Under the pieces are notes generated by a model. The model searched no databases and was not told the DNA's origin. It was given only the letters and a program-made list of their open reading frames with translations. 64,000 bases of DNA, from NCBI GenBank assembly GCA_963720425.1, contig OY970391.1:2459557-2523556 (forward strand), given 5' to 3'. The position numbers and the translations under genes are program-made. Positions 48,077 through 57,074 of the stretch are shown here, piece by piece. This DNA comes from an uncultured Alphaproteobacteria bacterium. GTDB lineage: Bacteria; Pseudomonadota; Alphaproteobacteria; Rhizobiales; Beijerinckiaceae. Position 1 is the first letter of the stretch. Each line of letters starts with the position of its first letter.

Positions 48077-48770
48077 ATGGCGACGCGACGAAGGTTTCTG
48101 CAGGCCGCCGGCGGGTTGGTCGGGGTGCTCTCCACCGAGCAGGTCGCGCGTGCCGAGCGGACGTTTGACGGTCCACCGAGCTTGCCGCAGACGCCCAACA
48201 TCATTGTCCTGTTGACGGACCAAGAGCGCTACCACATGCATTGGCCCGCGGGTTGGGTGGAGGCCAACCTGCCGGCGTTCGTGCGCCTGCAGCGTCACGG
48301 GCTAACGTTCCATCGCGCCTTATACCGCCGCCAGCGAGTGTTCGCCCAGCCGCGCCGTGATGCTGACTAGCCAGTTCGCGCCGGTGAACCGAGTGGCGCG
48401 AACTTTCCTGTGGCCAGGCCTGCCGAGCGCGCGGCAGCGCGTGAATATCGGTTCCCTACTACGGGATCGTGCTGGCTACCACGTGGTGTGGAAGGGCAAG
48501 TGGCACTTGGGCTTCGCACAGAATGCCAAGCCGGGGTCGGGCGGCGAGGAGTGGACGGCCGCCGATATCGCGTACCTGGAGCGCCAATACGGCTTGGCGG
48601 AGTGGAACCCGCCAGATGCCGGGAACGCCATCCAGGAGCGCCAGCCGGGCATGTTCGGCTATTTCAACGGACTGGCCACGCTCGGTGGCGGTACGCCGAA
48701 TAATGACGGACGTTATGTCAGCGGCGTCACGCCGGGCGCCTCTGGGCAGACGCCGAACTGCTGTCGCACA
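48077..48770 (+). pseudogene. sulfatase, N-terminal part, frameshifted and truncated
   Basis: Tat signal MATRRRFLQAAG, NIIVLLTDQ; an extra T near 48320 before AYTAASECSPSRAVMLTSQF. Confidence 0.7.
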
Positions 48771-48851
48771 AGCGTTTGTCGTGGCCGCGAAGATTGGGAA
48801 GATTGGGTTGACAGCGCGCTTCATGTGGATCGCCTTTCGCAGGGGGTAACT

Positions 48852-48992
48852 CTATCCTAATCGTCCCATCCGATGCACCCGCCAATCCGGCGACACGTTC
48901 ACTGCTCTCGCTCCGCATTGTGAGCACACGAAGCGCCGGCACCGCGTGATCGACGGGAAGTGCAATTCGTCGGCAGGCTCAGCCCCGTGAAG
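48852..48992 (-). pseudogene. Zn-ribbon ORF family, C-terminal half
   Basis: DELHFPSITRCRRFVCSQCGARAVNVSPDWRVHRMGRLG*. Confidence 0.5.
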
Positions 48993-49070
48993 GAGAACGG
49001 CGTCGAGTTTGGCGCTACTAGTTGACGGCGCGACCAAAAAGGAAACGGGTGCAAATACAAGGAACCGAGA

Positions 49071-49225
49071 ATGGTAGATACCCTCATCAAAAATGTCTCC
49101 GACACCGCATTCATGGTCGCCAGCTTCCGTGCCGTCGAAAGCGAGCGCGCGGATGCCCTCTTTCATGATCCGTTTGCTAGAAGGCTAGCGGGTGAACATG
49201 GGCGGAAGATCGTCGAGGGCATGTC
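49071..49225 (+). pseudogene. SAM-dependent (LCM/TcmP-type) methyltransferase, N-terminal fragment
   Basis: VSDTAFMVASFRAVESERADALFHDPFARRLAGEHG. Confidence 0.45.
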
Positions 49226-49289
49226 GGGAGGGATTCTAGGTGGCTGGGCGCCTGCGATACGCACAGGCATGGTGGCATGGACGGTGGCG

Positions 49290-49519
49290 ATCCGCACCTG
49301 CATTATCGCCACGTTGTCCCAAGAACCGTTGTCGCCGGAAGCCACGGCGACCGTAATGCCGAGCGCAGCCGCCTCTAACAACCTTAAATGCATCTCATTA
49401 ACGGAATCCTGAGGGAACACGTCTTCGGCCGCCCCCCAACTGATCGAGACCACCGAAGTTTGTGGATTAGAAATTGCCTCCAGGACCGCATATTTTACCT
49501 GGACGTCCTCGTCAGCCAT
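49290..49519 (-). pseudogene. S53 (sedolisin) peptidase internal fragment
   Basis: SISWGAAEDVF..MHLRLLEAAALGITVAVASGDNGS. Confidence 0.45.
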
Positions 49520-49688
49520 GGCTCTTATCTACTTTAGGGGGAGGCAATGTGGCTCACGCTCAACCTATTCATCCTGCCGCCGCTGCGCGCCCACGCGCAA
49601 GCAGCTGGCGCTTAGGAGCTTATTGAAGCGAACGCAGATGCGTCAAACCCACGTAGCCCTGGCATAGAGCCGACAGTGGAGGGGGAGC

Positions 49689-51611
49689 ATGCCGTTACCA
49701 GAAAGCACACCATCCGGTGCCGACGCCGCTGGCATTATGAGCACGCCATCTGCGCCCGACACGACTGCGGCATCGCTCGACCAAGCATTCCACGACCTCG
49801 ACGCCAACGTAAAGCCCGAGGAGATTGTCCGGCGCCTGTGCGAGCTCGAAGCTTCGTGCCAGGGCGGTACGCGCGACCAGGCGAGGCTTTTGCACGCGCG
49901 CGGATTGGCACTCAACCGTCTCGGCTTCGACTCGCTTGACGACCTGCAGACCGCGGCCAGTATATTCCAGGAGCTCGGCGACCGCCCGGCTACGGCTGAG
50001 GTGTGGCGCGCGATCGCCCTCGTTCACAATTGGCGCGCCAATGCTCGCGAGGCTTCGCTGGCGCTGTTGCGGACCATCGCCGAGGCCGGCGAGGACCATC
50101 TCAATCTGGCGCGCGCGGTTTTAGAGACCGGTCGATTGGGCATTGAGGTCGGCCGCGCCGACGAGGCGCATCGTTTTCTCGTGCGCGGGCTCGAGATCGG
50201 CGGCGCCGATCTCGAAGCTCTGGAGATGTGCAAGGCGCGCGTCAATGCGCTGCAAGCGCTGGTTGTTGGGGGCGATGTCAATGCGGCCGAAGCGATGTTG
50301 GCCAGCATCGATCTTGATGGTGCGACGACCCGCCTGCGACATCTCACCATGCTCGAACGCGCGCGCATCGCTTTGTTGAAGGGTAAGATCGACGAGGCGG
50401 AGAAGATCCTTGACGAGAGTTGCGGGCTCCTTTTACCGGACGATCCCGAAAACTTTAGCGACATCGAACAATCGCATGTCGAGGCCGAGACCCTTTTCGC
50501 CAAGAAGAATTATCAGCAGGCGTTGGACCGCATCGGCAAGGTGATCGCTCGCTATTTTGCCGATGATCTCCCCGGCCGCGAAATCGGCGCGCGGATCTTG
50601 GAAAGCAAGATCCTCGATCAATTAGGCCGCCGCGATGACGCCGACCGGACGCTCGCGGCGGCTTTGCAGCAGGCGGTTCAGCGTCAGCTCTCGTCCCACA
50701 GAAGAAATGTTCTCGAACAGCTCGCGGCAAGTGAGCGGACGGCCGGAGCCTGGCTGCCTGGAACGGCGCTGGCTATCACGACCGCCAATTCCAAAGATCT
50801 TTTCTATGGGCGCGAGCCGCTCGGCACAGGGGGTTTCGGGTCGGTGGAGAGCGCTTACGATTGCGAGACCGGCCGCAAGGTCGCGCTCAAGCATTTGCAG
50901 CTCCAAAGTATCTATGATCTTTCGGTACAGGCGGATCGCCTCCACGCCGCCGAAATGGAAGTCGCGGCGGCGTCGCGGGTCAAACACCCCGGCGTCGGGC
51001 AAGTTTTCGGGCTCATACGCGAGCCGGATGGCGAAGCTCTTCTCGTGCGCGAATTCATAGAAGGAGAGGCCCTTCGCGACGCCATGATGCAGGGCAAGTT
51101 GGAATTTTCCGAGAAATTCGGGCTCCTCGCCAACATGGCTTACGCGCTCGCGGCGATTTACGCCGCGTCAGTCGTCCATCGCGATATGAAACCGGAGAAC
51201 GTCGTCCTACGCAATAACAGCGCTCAAGCACCGGTCATCATTGACTTCGGCATCAGCGTGATAGGACGCGTCCGCGAAGCAAAGGATGCGCCCAAAACTC
51301 TAGTTTATGCCGCGCCCGAACAGATGAAGGCGGGATGGTGCGACGCGCGCAGCGACCTTTATTCGCTGGGCTTGATCGGCTACGAACTCTTCGTGGGACG
51401 ATTGCCCGAGCCGCCGGAATCGGGACTGCTGGGAATTGTCGAAGATGCGGGCCGCAGCAAGGCGATTGCGCATGAACTTAGCGGCGCCGGTCTCCGCGAC
51501 CCTCTAGTGGCGCTGTTGACGCGGCTTTTGTCGGTATCGCCGCAACATCGGCCTTCCTCGGCGCAGGACGTCGGAGCGATGATCAACGCGGCGAAGGGTG
51601 AAGGGGGATAA
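49689..51611 (+). CDS. Ser/Thr protein kinase with a long N-terminal helical (TPR-like) region
   Basis: GGAGGGGG RBS; GTGGFGSV, VALKHL, HRDMKPENVV, IIDFGIS, YAAPEQ in the C-terminal 270 aa. Confidence 0.85.
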   Translation: MPLPESTPSGADAAGIMSTPSAPDTTAASLDQAFHDLDANVKPEEIVRRLCELEASCQGGTRDQARLLHARGLALNRLGFDSLDDLQTAASIFQELGDRPATAEVWRAIALVHNWRANAREASLALLRTIAEAGEDHLNLARAVLETGRLGIEVGRADEAHRFLVRGLEIGGADLEALEMCKARVNALQALVVGGDVNAAEAMLASIDLDGATTRLRHLTMLERARIALLKGKIDEAEKILDESCGLLLPDDPENFSDIEQSHVEAETLFAKKNYQQALDRIGKVIARYFADDLPGREIGARILESKILDQLGRRDDADRTLAAALQQAVQRQLSSHRRNVLEQLAASERTAGAWLPGTALAITTANSKDLFYGREPLGTGGFGSVESAYDCETGRKVALKHLQLQSIYDLSVQADRLHAAEMEVAAASRVKHPGVGQVFGLIREPDGEALLVREFIEGEALRDAMMQGKLEFSEKFGLLANMAYALAAIYAASVVHRDMKPENVVLRNNSAQAPVIIDFGISVIGRVREAKDAPKTLVYAAPEQMKAGWCDARSDLYSLGLIGYELFVGRLPEPPESGLLGIVEDAGRSKAIAHELSGAGLRDPLVALLTRLLSVSPQHRPSSAQDVGAMINAAKGEGG

Positions 51612-51688
51612 GAATCGCGTTCGCCTTGAGGACGTCGAAGCCCGAGACTTGCGTCTTTTTCGGCGCTGCCGCCAACACAGGTGCGGCC

Positions 51689-51778
51689 CGGCGCCGCAAG
51701 TTCATCTGCACGCGCTGCGGCGCCCGAACGGTGAGCTTGATGCCGGATTGGCGGATGCATAAGGCTAGCGGAATGGGC
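51689..51778 (+). pseudogene. Zn-ribbon ORF family, C-terminal fragment
   Basis: RRRKFICTRCGARTVSLMPDWRMHKASGMG. Confidence 0.45.
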
Positions 51779-52022
51779 AGTCACACGCGGTCCCCGGTAC
51801 ACTGCCGAGAACTACGACTTTATGCGCCAGTATCGCGGCCAAGATGACGAAGAAGACATGCAGCGCCACCGCACCCTGCTGAAGCAGCATACACGAAAGC
51901 GACGATGACCTAATTTTTGGCTACCTGCCTGGATGCGATTGAAGAAAAAGCAGCTGCCGTTCAAACAATTCGCACTCTAGGCCATCACCTGATATTTTAG
52001 GTGCGATGGTGGTTTCGGCGAT

Positions 52023-54817
52023 TTGGGTTCCAGATTGCGTATTTTCCTGTCCTTCAATTCCAAGGATACGGCGCTGGCCGAGGCCATCCGTTTCGGCCTT
52101 TGCAGGTTTGAGCCCGATGCGAGTATCTATTTCTCTCCAGTGTCTCTTGGCAGCGGCTTTTGGCTGCCGAAACTGGCGACCGAGATCGGCGAGGCCGACG
52201 CGTTCCTGCTGCTGATCGGGCCCAAAGGGATCGGTTCCTGGCAGGAAGTCGAATACTTCGCCGCGCTGGACCGGCATGTGAACGAAAAAGCGTTTGCGCT
52301 TGTGCCGGTTATGGCATCCGGCGCGCAGGCGCCAGGATTGCTGTTCCTGCGCAGCCTTAACTGGGCGAGGCTCCGTCCGTCACTGAGGATACAACGCTGC
52401 ACGAAGTGCTTGCGGCGCTCAAGGGCGGCGCGGCGGAGAACGCGACGCCGCTGTGGAAGCTGGTCAATCCCTATCGCGGCCTCGAAGCGATGACCGAGGC
52501 CAATGCCGATTATTTTTACGGCCGCGGCGGCGAAACCGCCGGCGTGCTGAACGCGCTCGCCGCAAAACCGGATCGGCTGCCGATCCTGATCGGCGCTTCG
52601 GGGGTAGGCAAATCCTCGGTGGCGCAGGCCGGAGTACTGGCGGCGCTGAAGGCCATGCGCTGGCCCAGCATTGACGGGGCGGCATCAAATGCATGGCCGC
52701 CGGGGCTTTCGAACAGCCGCAGCTTTCTCACCCTGATGATGCGCCCCGGCGATGCGCCGCTCGAAGCGCTCGCCGGCGTGTTCATCGGCCTGTGGGGGCT
52801 CGACTCCACGGACCCCGAACAGGCCACTTTGCCGCGCAAATGGGCTAAGGGCCTGTCCGCCGGCGACAACAAGCTCGCCGACCTGATCGGCACGACCCAG
52901 GAGCGACTTAAAAAGCGGCAGGGCGAAGCACCGGAGCGTGTGCTCCTCTACCTCGATCAGGGCGAGGAGCTTTACACCCGCGCTGCACAACAGGAAGCGC
53001 ATCGTTTTTCGGAGGTGTTGAACGAAGGACTGCACGATCCGCGCATGTTCGCCTTTGCCAGCCTGCGCGCCGACTACTACGATCGCTTCCAGGCCGACGA
53101 GCCGCTATTTAACCGCCGCGAGCACGTCGACGTGCCGCCGCTCGATCGCGCCCAGCTTCAGCGGGTCGTCACCGCGCCGGCCGCCGCGCTTGGGGTCTCC
53201 TTCGAGGACGACAAGATCGCCGACCGCATCACGGCCGCCGCGGCGGCTGAACCCGGCGCGCTGCCGCTGCTCTCCTATCTTCTCACCGACATGTGGGCCG
53301 AGATGGTCCAGCGCGACAAGCCGGTCTTGGGATTGTCGGCGCATGCCATTGACATCGGCGGCGTGCTCGCAAGCCGTGCCGAAAATTTCCTCAAGGAAAA
53401 TCCAGAAGAGCAAAAGGCGCTGCGCCGCCTGCTGACGCTGCGGTTTGCGATCGTCCCGCCGGAAGGCGAACCGGTGCGCCGCCAGACATTCCGCGAGGAA
53501 TGCAGTGAGGCGGAATGGGCGCTCGCCGCCCGGTTGGCCGATTATCCGTACCGGCTCGTGGTGATGAGCGAGCGCGAGATTGACGGCCATGTCGTCGCCG
53601 AGGTCGCGCACGAAGCCTTTTTGCGCGCTTGGCCGCAGCTAGCGCAATGGCTACGCGAGGAACGCGATTTTCTGGTGTTCAAGGGCGAAGTCGAGCGCTC
53701 CGAGCGGCGCTGGCACGAGATGACGCAGGCCGATCGTGCCTTACTCACCGGGCTCGATCTCGCCCGCGCCGAAGAATGGCTGCCGAAGCGGTCCGGCGAT
53801 CTGTCTCCTGAAGTTACCGCCTACATACAGCGCAGTATCGCTTGCGACCGCGCCGCAAAGGAGCGGCAACTTCGCTTCCAACGGCGCGTGACCCTGGGTT
53901 CAGTGGCTGCAATGCTCGTTATATTGATTATCGGCGCTTTTGCCTGGATCAAATGGGGTGATGCGGATCAAGCTAGGTCGTTGGTCGTGAGCGAGCGCAA
54001 TCAAATGATCAAGATTGAAGCGAACTTTCTTGCTGGTCTGGCGCGCCAGGCTCACGACAGGGGTGACAACCGAACGGCGATCGCGTTGGCACTCCAAGCA
54101 CTTCCGGACCCAACTTTGATGGGCAGGATACCAAATACGGTTGAAGCCTTATTGCATGCGGCACTAGCCGACTATCGGGCCGCCAAAAGTCGAGGCATCA
54201 CAGTTTTTTTCTCGCCTGACGGTGGTCGCATCGCAACAGTGATGCCCGACTTTAGCATTCAAATTTCGGACGCTGCTACGCGCAAAGTAATCATTGTACT
54301 AAGGGGACCTGAAGATGAAATTACCAGCGGAGCTTTCTCGCCCGACGGCAGCCGCATTGCGGCTGCTTCTTTCGATAAGACCGTGAGGGTCTGGGATGCA
54401 GTGTCCGGTAAGTTACTGATCACGGACATCGGTCATTCGGACTTCGTCAGTGGAGTTGTATTCTCGCCGGATAGTCGTCTCCTTGCGACCTTTTCGGCGG
54501 ACCATACAGCAAGGGTGTGGGATGCAGCTGTGGGAAGGGAAATTACCGTACTATTGAATAATAGTGCGGTAGAAAGTGGCGCATTTTCGCCAGATGGAAG
54601 GCATCTTGCTGTTGCCTTGGATAGCGGCGCAGTTGTGGTGTTTGATATTAGAAGCGGTGAGGGACAATACAGTTTCAATTACGGGGACCGCCTTTTCGAA
54701 GTAGCTTACTCCCTCGACGGCAATCGTATTGCGGCTGCTTCTTCCGTTGGAGATGTGCCAATCTGGGATGTTGCTACGAGGCGTCTAATTTCAGTGCTCC
54801 GTGCAACACGGCAATAG
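52023..54817 (+). CDS. TIR - STAND P-loop NTPase - TM helix - WD40 protein, interrupted by one frame change at about 52365 and ending after 5 WD blades
   Basis: TIR-like IFLSFNSKD..DAFLLLIGPKGIGSWQEVEYF; NPYRGLEAMTEANADYFYGRGGE; Walker A GASGVGKSS; LLYLDQGEE; TM VTLGSVAAMLVILIIGAFAWIKW; FSPDG..VWD repeats. Confidence 0.7.
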
Positions 54818-54880
54818 CTTCCTGCGCAAAGTGGCATGTCTGAAGAGGGTCATTTTCGACCGACCCAGCCGGTTTTGCCT

Positions 54881-55217
54881 GCCGGTCGATGTCTGTTTCG
54901 CCCCGAAAGCGGACTTGCGGCCGGGCCGGAGCAAGACTAGACCGTATTGAGATTGGTCATAGCCCCGCGAGATTGTAGACGCTGAATCTCATACATAGCG
55001 GACTTAAGGGGGCTGCCACTCTCTCGATTACGATCCAGTTCTCGCGAGTCACGTCGGGGCGTGACGGTCTTGACCGCCTGGCCGTCGCCGCTCGCCGCAT
55101 GATTCGGCAGATGCAACGTCGCACGCGGCGCAAGGCCGGAGCGGTTAGCTCAGATCTTAGAACCAATCGCCATTTGTCGAGAGATCAACAATGTCGCCTG
55201 TGGACATTTTTTGCCGC
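54881..55217. repeat. direct repeat copy B (337 bp)
   Basis: See copy A at 47024-47579. Confidence 0.9.
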
Positions 55218-55461
55218 GGCCATAGCACCGGGTGAGAAATGCGAGTTTCCGTCTCGGCTTACTGCTAATCCTAATTGTGAATTTCAAAGAGCAAGCAATT
55301 GTGTTTCCATCTGATCTAGGCTCCTCCGGCGTGGGTTCCTCGGAGGAGTTAGGGCCGCCTGGGAAATGCCCGCCCTCTTAATCAGCGCGCCCAGGCGGCT
55401 CGCCATCACCCCTACCACTGATCCTTGGCTGATCGCCGTTGGCCACTGCGCCGCGCGAGTG

Positions 55462-55680
55462 TCAGTTTTCCGGCGGAAGCCGCTCACCAACCACGGTGCC
55501 GTCCGGTTGCGAGATCTGATATCCCGTGATCACACCGCCGGCTCGAACTCTTTCTTCGGCCAATGCGCGAATCTCCGCAAGAGTTTGGCCTGGCATGGAC
55601 TGCGATTCCTCGATCAACTCGACCGCCCCGGTCGTGGCCGAACGTCCGAGCCATGCAATCCCGAAGACGGTCTCATTCAT
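55462..55680 (-). CDS. hypothetical small protein
   Basis: 72 aa from ATG 55680, which overlaps the stop (ATGA) of a broken upstream minus-strand reading frame. Confidence 0.35.
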   Translation of the reverse strand: MNETVFGIAWLGRSATTGAVELIEESQSMPGQTLAEIRALAEERVRAGGVITGYQISQPDGTVVGERLPPEN

Positions 55681-56465
55681 CGCTGCGGTTCTCCGGCTGG
55701 CCTCACCGTCTTGCCTCCGACCCGGCGCTTTTTGCGATTCAGCTCTCGATCGGCTGCGTTCCGTTCCCGCGCGCCCGATAGTCGGCCCAGCACGCATGAA
55801 CCCTTGCGCGCCGCGACCCGCACCTTGCGCAACGGAACGTCCGGTGCCTGCCGATGTCTAGCATCGTCGGTTTCATCCGGCAGATCGAGCACTTCGAACG
55901 GCAGCCGCCCTTCATGATGGCAATAGAGCGCCGCGCATTCGATGACGACGGCGCTGAGGCCGATCCGCGCGCATGTCGGCGATCGTCGCGCAAGGGCCAG
56001 AATAGGTGGACCGGGGCATGGACAGGATGGTGCCGCCCGAAGGTCACTTCGTCAACTGGACGGTCCTGAGCAGATTTCGTGCCCGTCGCGACGACGCGGA
56101 GCGCGGGTCGTTCGTAGGCGTATTGGCAGGTGTAGGCACATGGCCAGCCTGCGGTTCATTCGGTGACTTCAGTGGCTCGGCTGGCGGCATAGCTGATGGT
56201 GTAGGCGGAGGGTGGCCTGCGATGGCCATAGCCTTCGAGAGGACTCTCGGGAGGACGAAGAAAATTACCGTGTAAAAGGCGCTCAGCGGCCGTAAGTCGA
56301 TCGATTAGTTTTTTGTCCTCGGCCATGTGTCGTCCAGCAGATTAGGAAACGCTATAGCAGGCACCGGGCGAACAGTACCGAGGCCGGTGACGTTTGACGT
56401 GAGGGATCTCGTCGGGTAGCTGTGGCGTCACATCGTAATCAGGGTCGGCGAAACGCCGCCGCACG

Positions 56466-56484
56466 GTTACCCGTGGCGTTACCC
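56466..56484. promoter_or_regulatory. two GTTACCC heptamers near attR
   Basis: 56466-56472 and 56478-56484; same heptamer as at 500-543. Confidence 0.3.
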
Positions 56485-56511
56485 CGCCGCCATATTCGGT
56501 CAGCTAAGTAC

Positions 56512-56541
56512 TTGAGAGAAGATCATTATCAGATTGATAAT
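56512..56541 (+). promoter_or_regulatory. candidate sigma70-type promoter TTGAGA-N18-GATAAT reading out of the island into fabZ
   Basis: AT-rich island end; -35-like hexamer at 56512-56517, -10-like hexamer at 56536-56541; 39 bp upstream of the fabZ ATG. Confidence 0.3.
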
Positions 56542-56574
56542 AATTGATTATTTGCTGTGCATTGACGGTGGTGA

Positions 56575-56591
56575 CGCTGATGGACGAAAAG
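56575..56591. repeat. attR core: CGCTGATGGACGAA(A)AG
   Basis: Direct repeat of 379-395; contains the fabZ ATG (56580). Confidence 0.7.
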
Positions 56592-57074
56592 GTGGCGCAT
56601 ACGCTCGAGGCCTATGACATCCAGCGGCTCTTAAAATCGCTGCCGCATCGCTATCCGTTTCTGATGGTCGACCGGATCATCGAGGCAAAGGGCGATGAGT
56701 TTTGCATCGGTATCAAGAACGTCAGCGTGAACGAACCGCAGTTCCAGGGGCATTTTCCGGACCGGCCGGTCATGCCGGGGGTGCTGCTCATTGAGGGCAT
56801 GGCGCAGACAGCAGGCGCGCTCTGCATCAATGCGGTCGGCCGGGTGAAGCCGCCGCTCGTCTATTTCATGACGATCGAAAAGGCGAAATTCCGCAAACCC
56901 GTCGTGCCCGGCGACAGGGTCGAGTTCCACATGACGAAACTCAATCGCCGTCGCACGATCTGGTGGTACAGCGGGCGTGCGCTCGTCGACGGCCAGCTCG
57001 TCTGCGAGGCGGAAATCTCGGCCATGCTTGTCGTCGACGACGCTGACGCCGGAGCCGCGGCAAAGGCTCCATGA
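56580..57074 (+). CDS. fabZ: 3-hydroxyacyl-ACP dehydratase FabZ
   Basis: [39 protein letters not shown]; start MDEKVAH preferred to the upstream alternative start. Confidence 0.95.
   Translation: MDEKVAHTLEAYDIQRLLKSLPHRYPFLMVDRIIEAKGDEFCIGIKNVSVNEPQFQGHFPDRPVMPGVLLIEGMAQTAGALCINAVGRVKPPLVYFMTIEKAKFRKPVVPGDRVEFHMTKLNRRRTIWWYSGRALVDGQLVCEAEISAMLVVDDADAGAAAKAP

Noticed and set aside
52368-52493. C-terminal 40 aa of the 52023-52493 ORF (RLRPSLRIQRCTKCLRRSRAARRRTRRRCG..) as a real basic tail of a stand-alone TIR protein
   Set aside because: Its composition is typical of out-of-frame reading of GC-rich coding DNA. The overlapping frame 2 encodes a conserved STAND N-terminus, so a fused or frame-changed gene is more plausible.
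55321-55348. Hairpin CTCCTCCG-N12-CGGAGGAG as a transcription terminator
   Set aside because: No T-tract lies on either side, and it is more than 100 bp from the nearest credible stop codon.
55690-56330. Toxin-antitoxin or HNH-like small genes at the right island end
   Set aside because: Sensible peptide stretches appear in three different minus-strand frames (for example MAEDKKLIDRLTAAERLL.., ..ECAALYCHHEGRLPFEVLDLPDETDD..), but none has a start codon plus an intact frame. I could not recognise a family, so the region is left as a decayed region.
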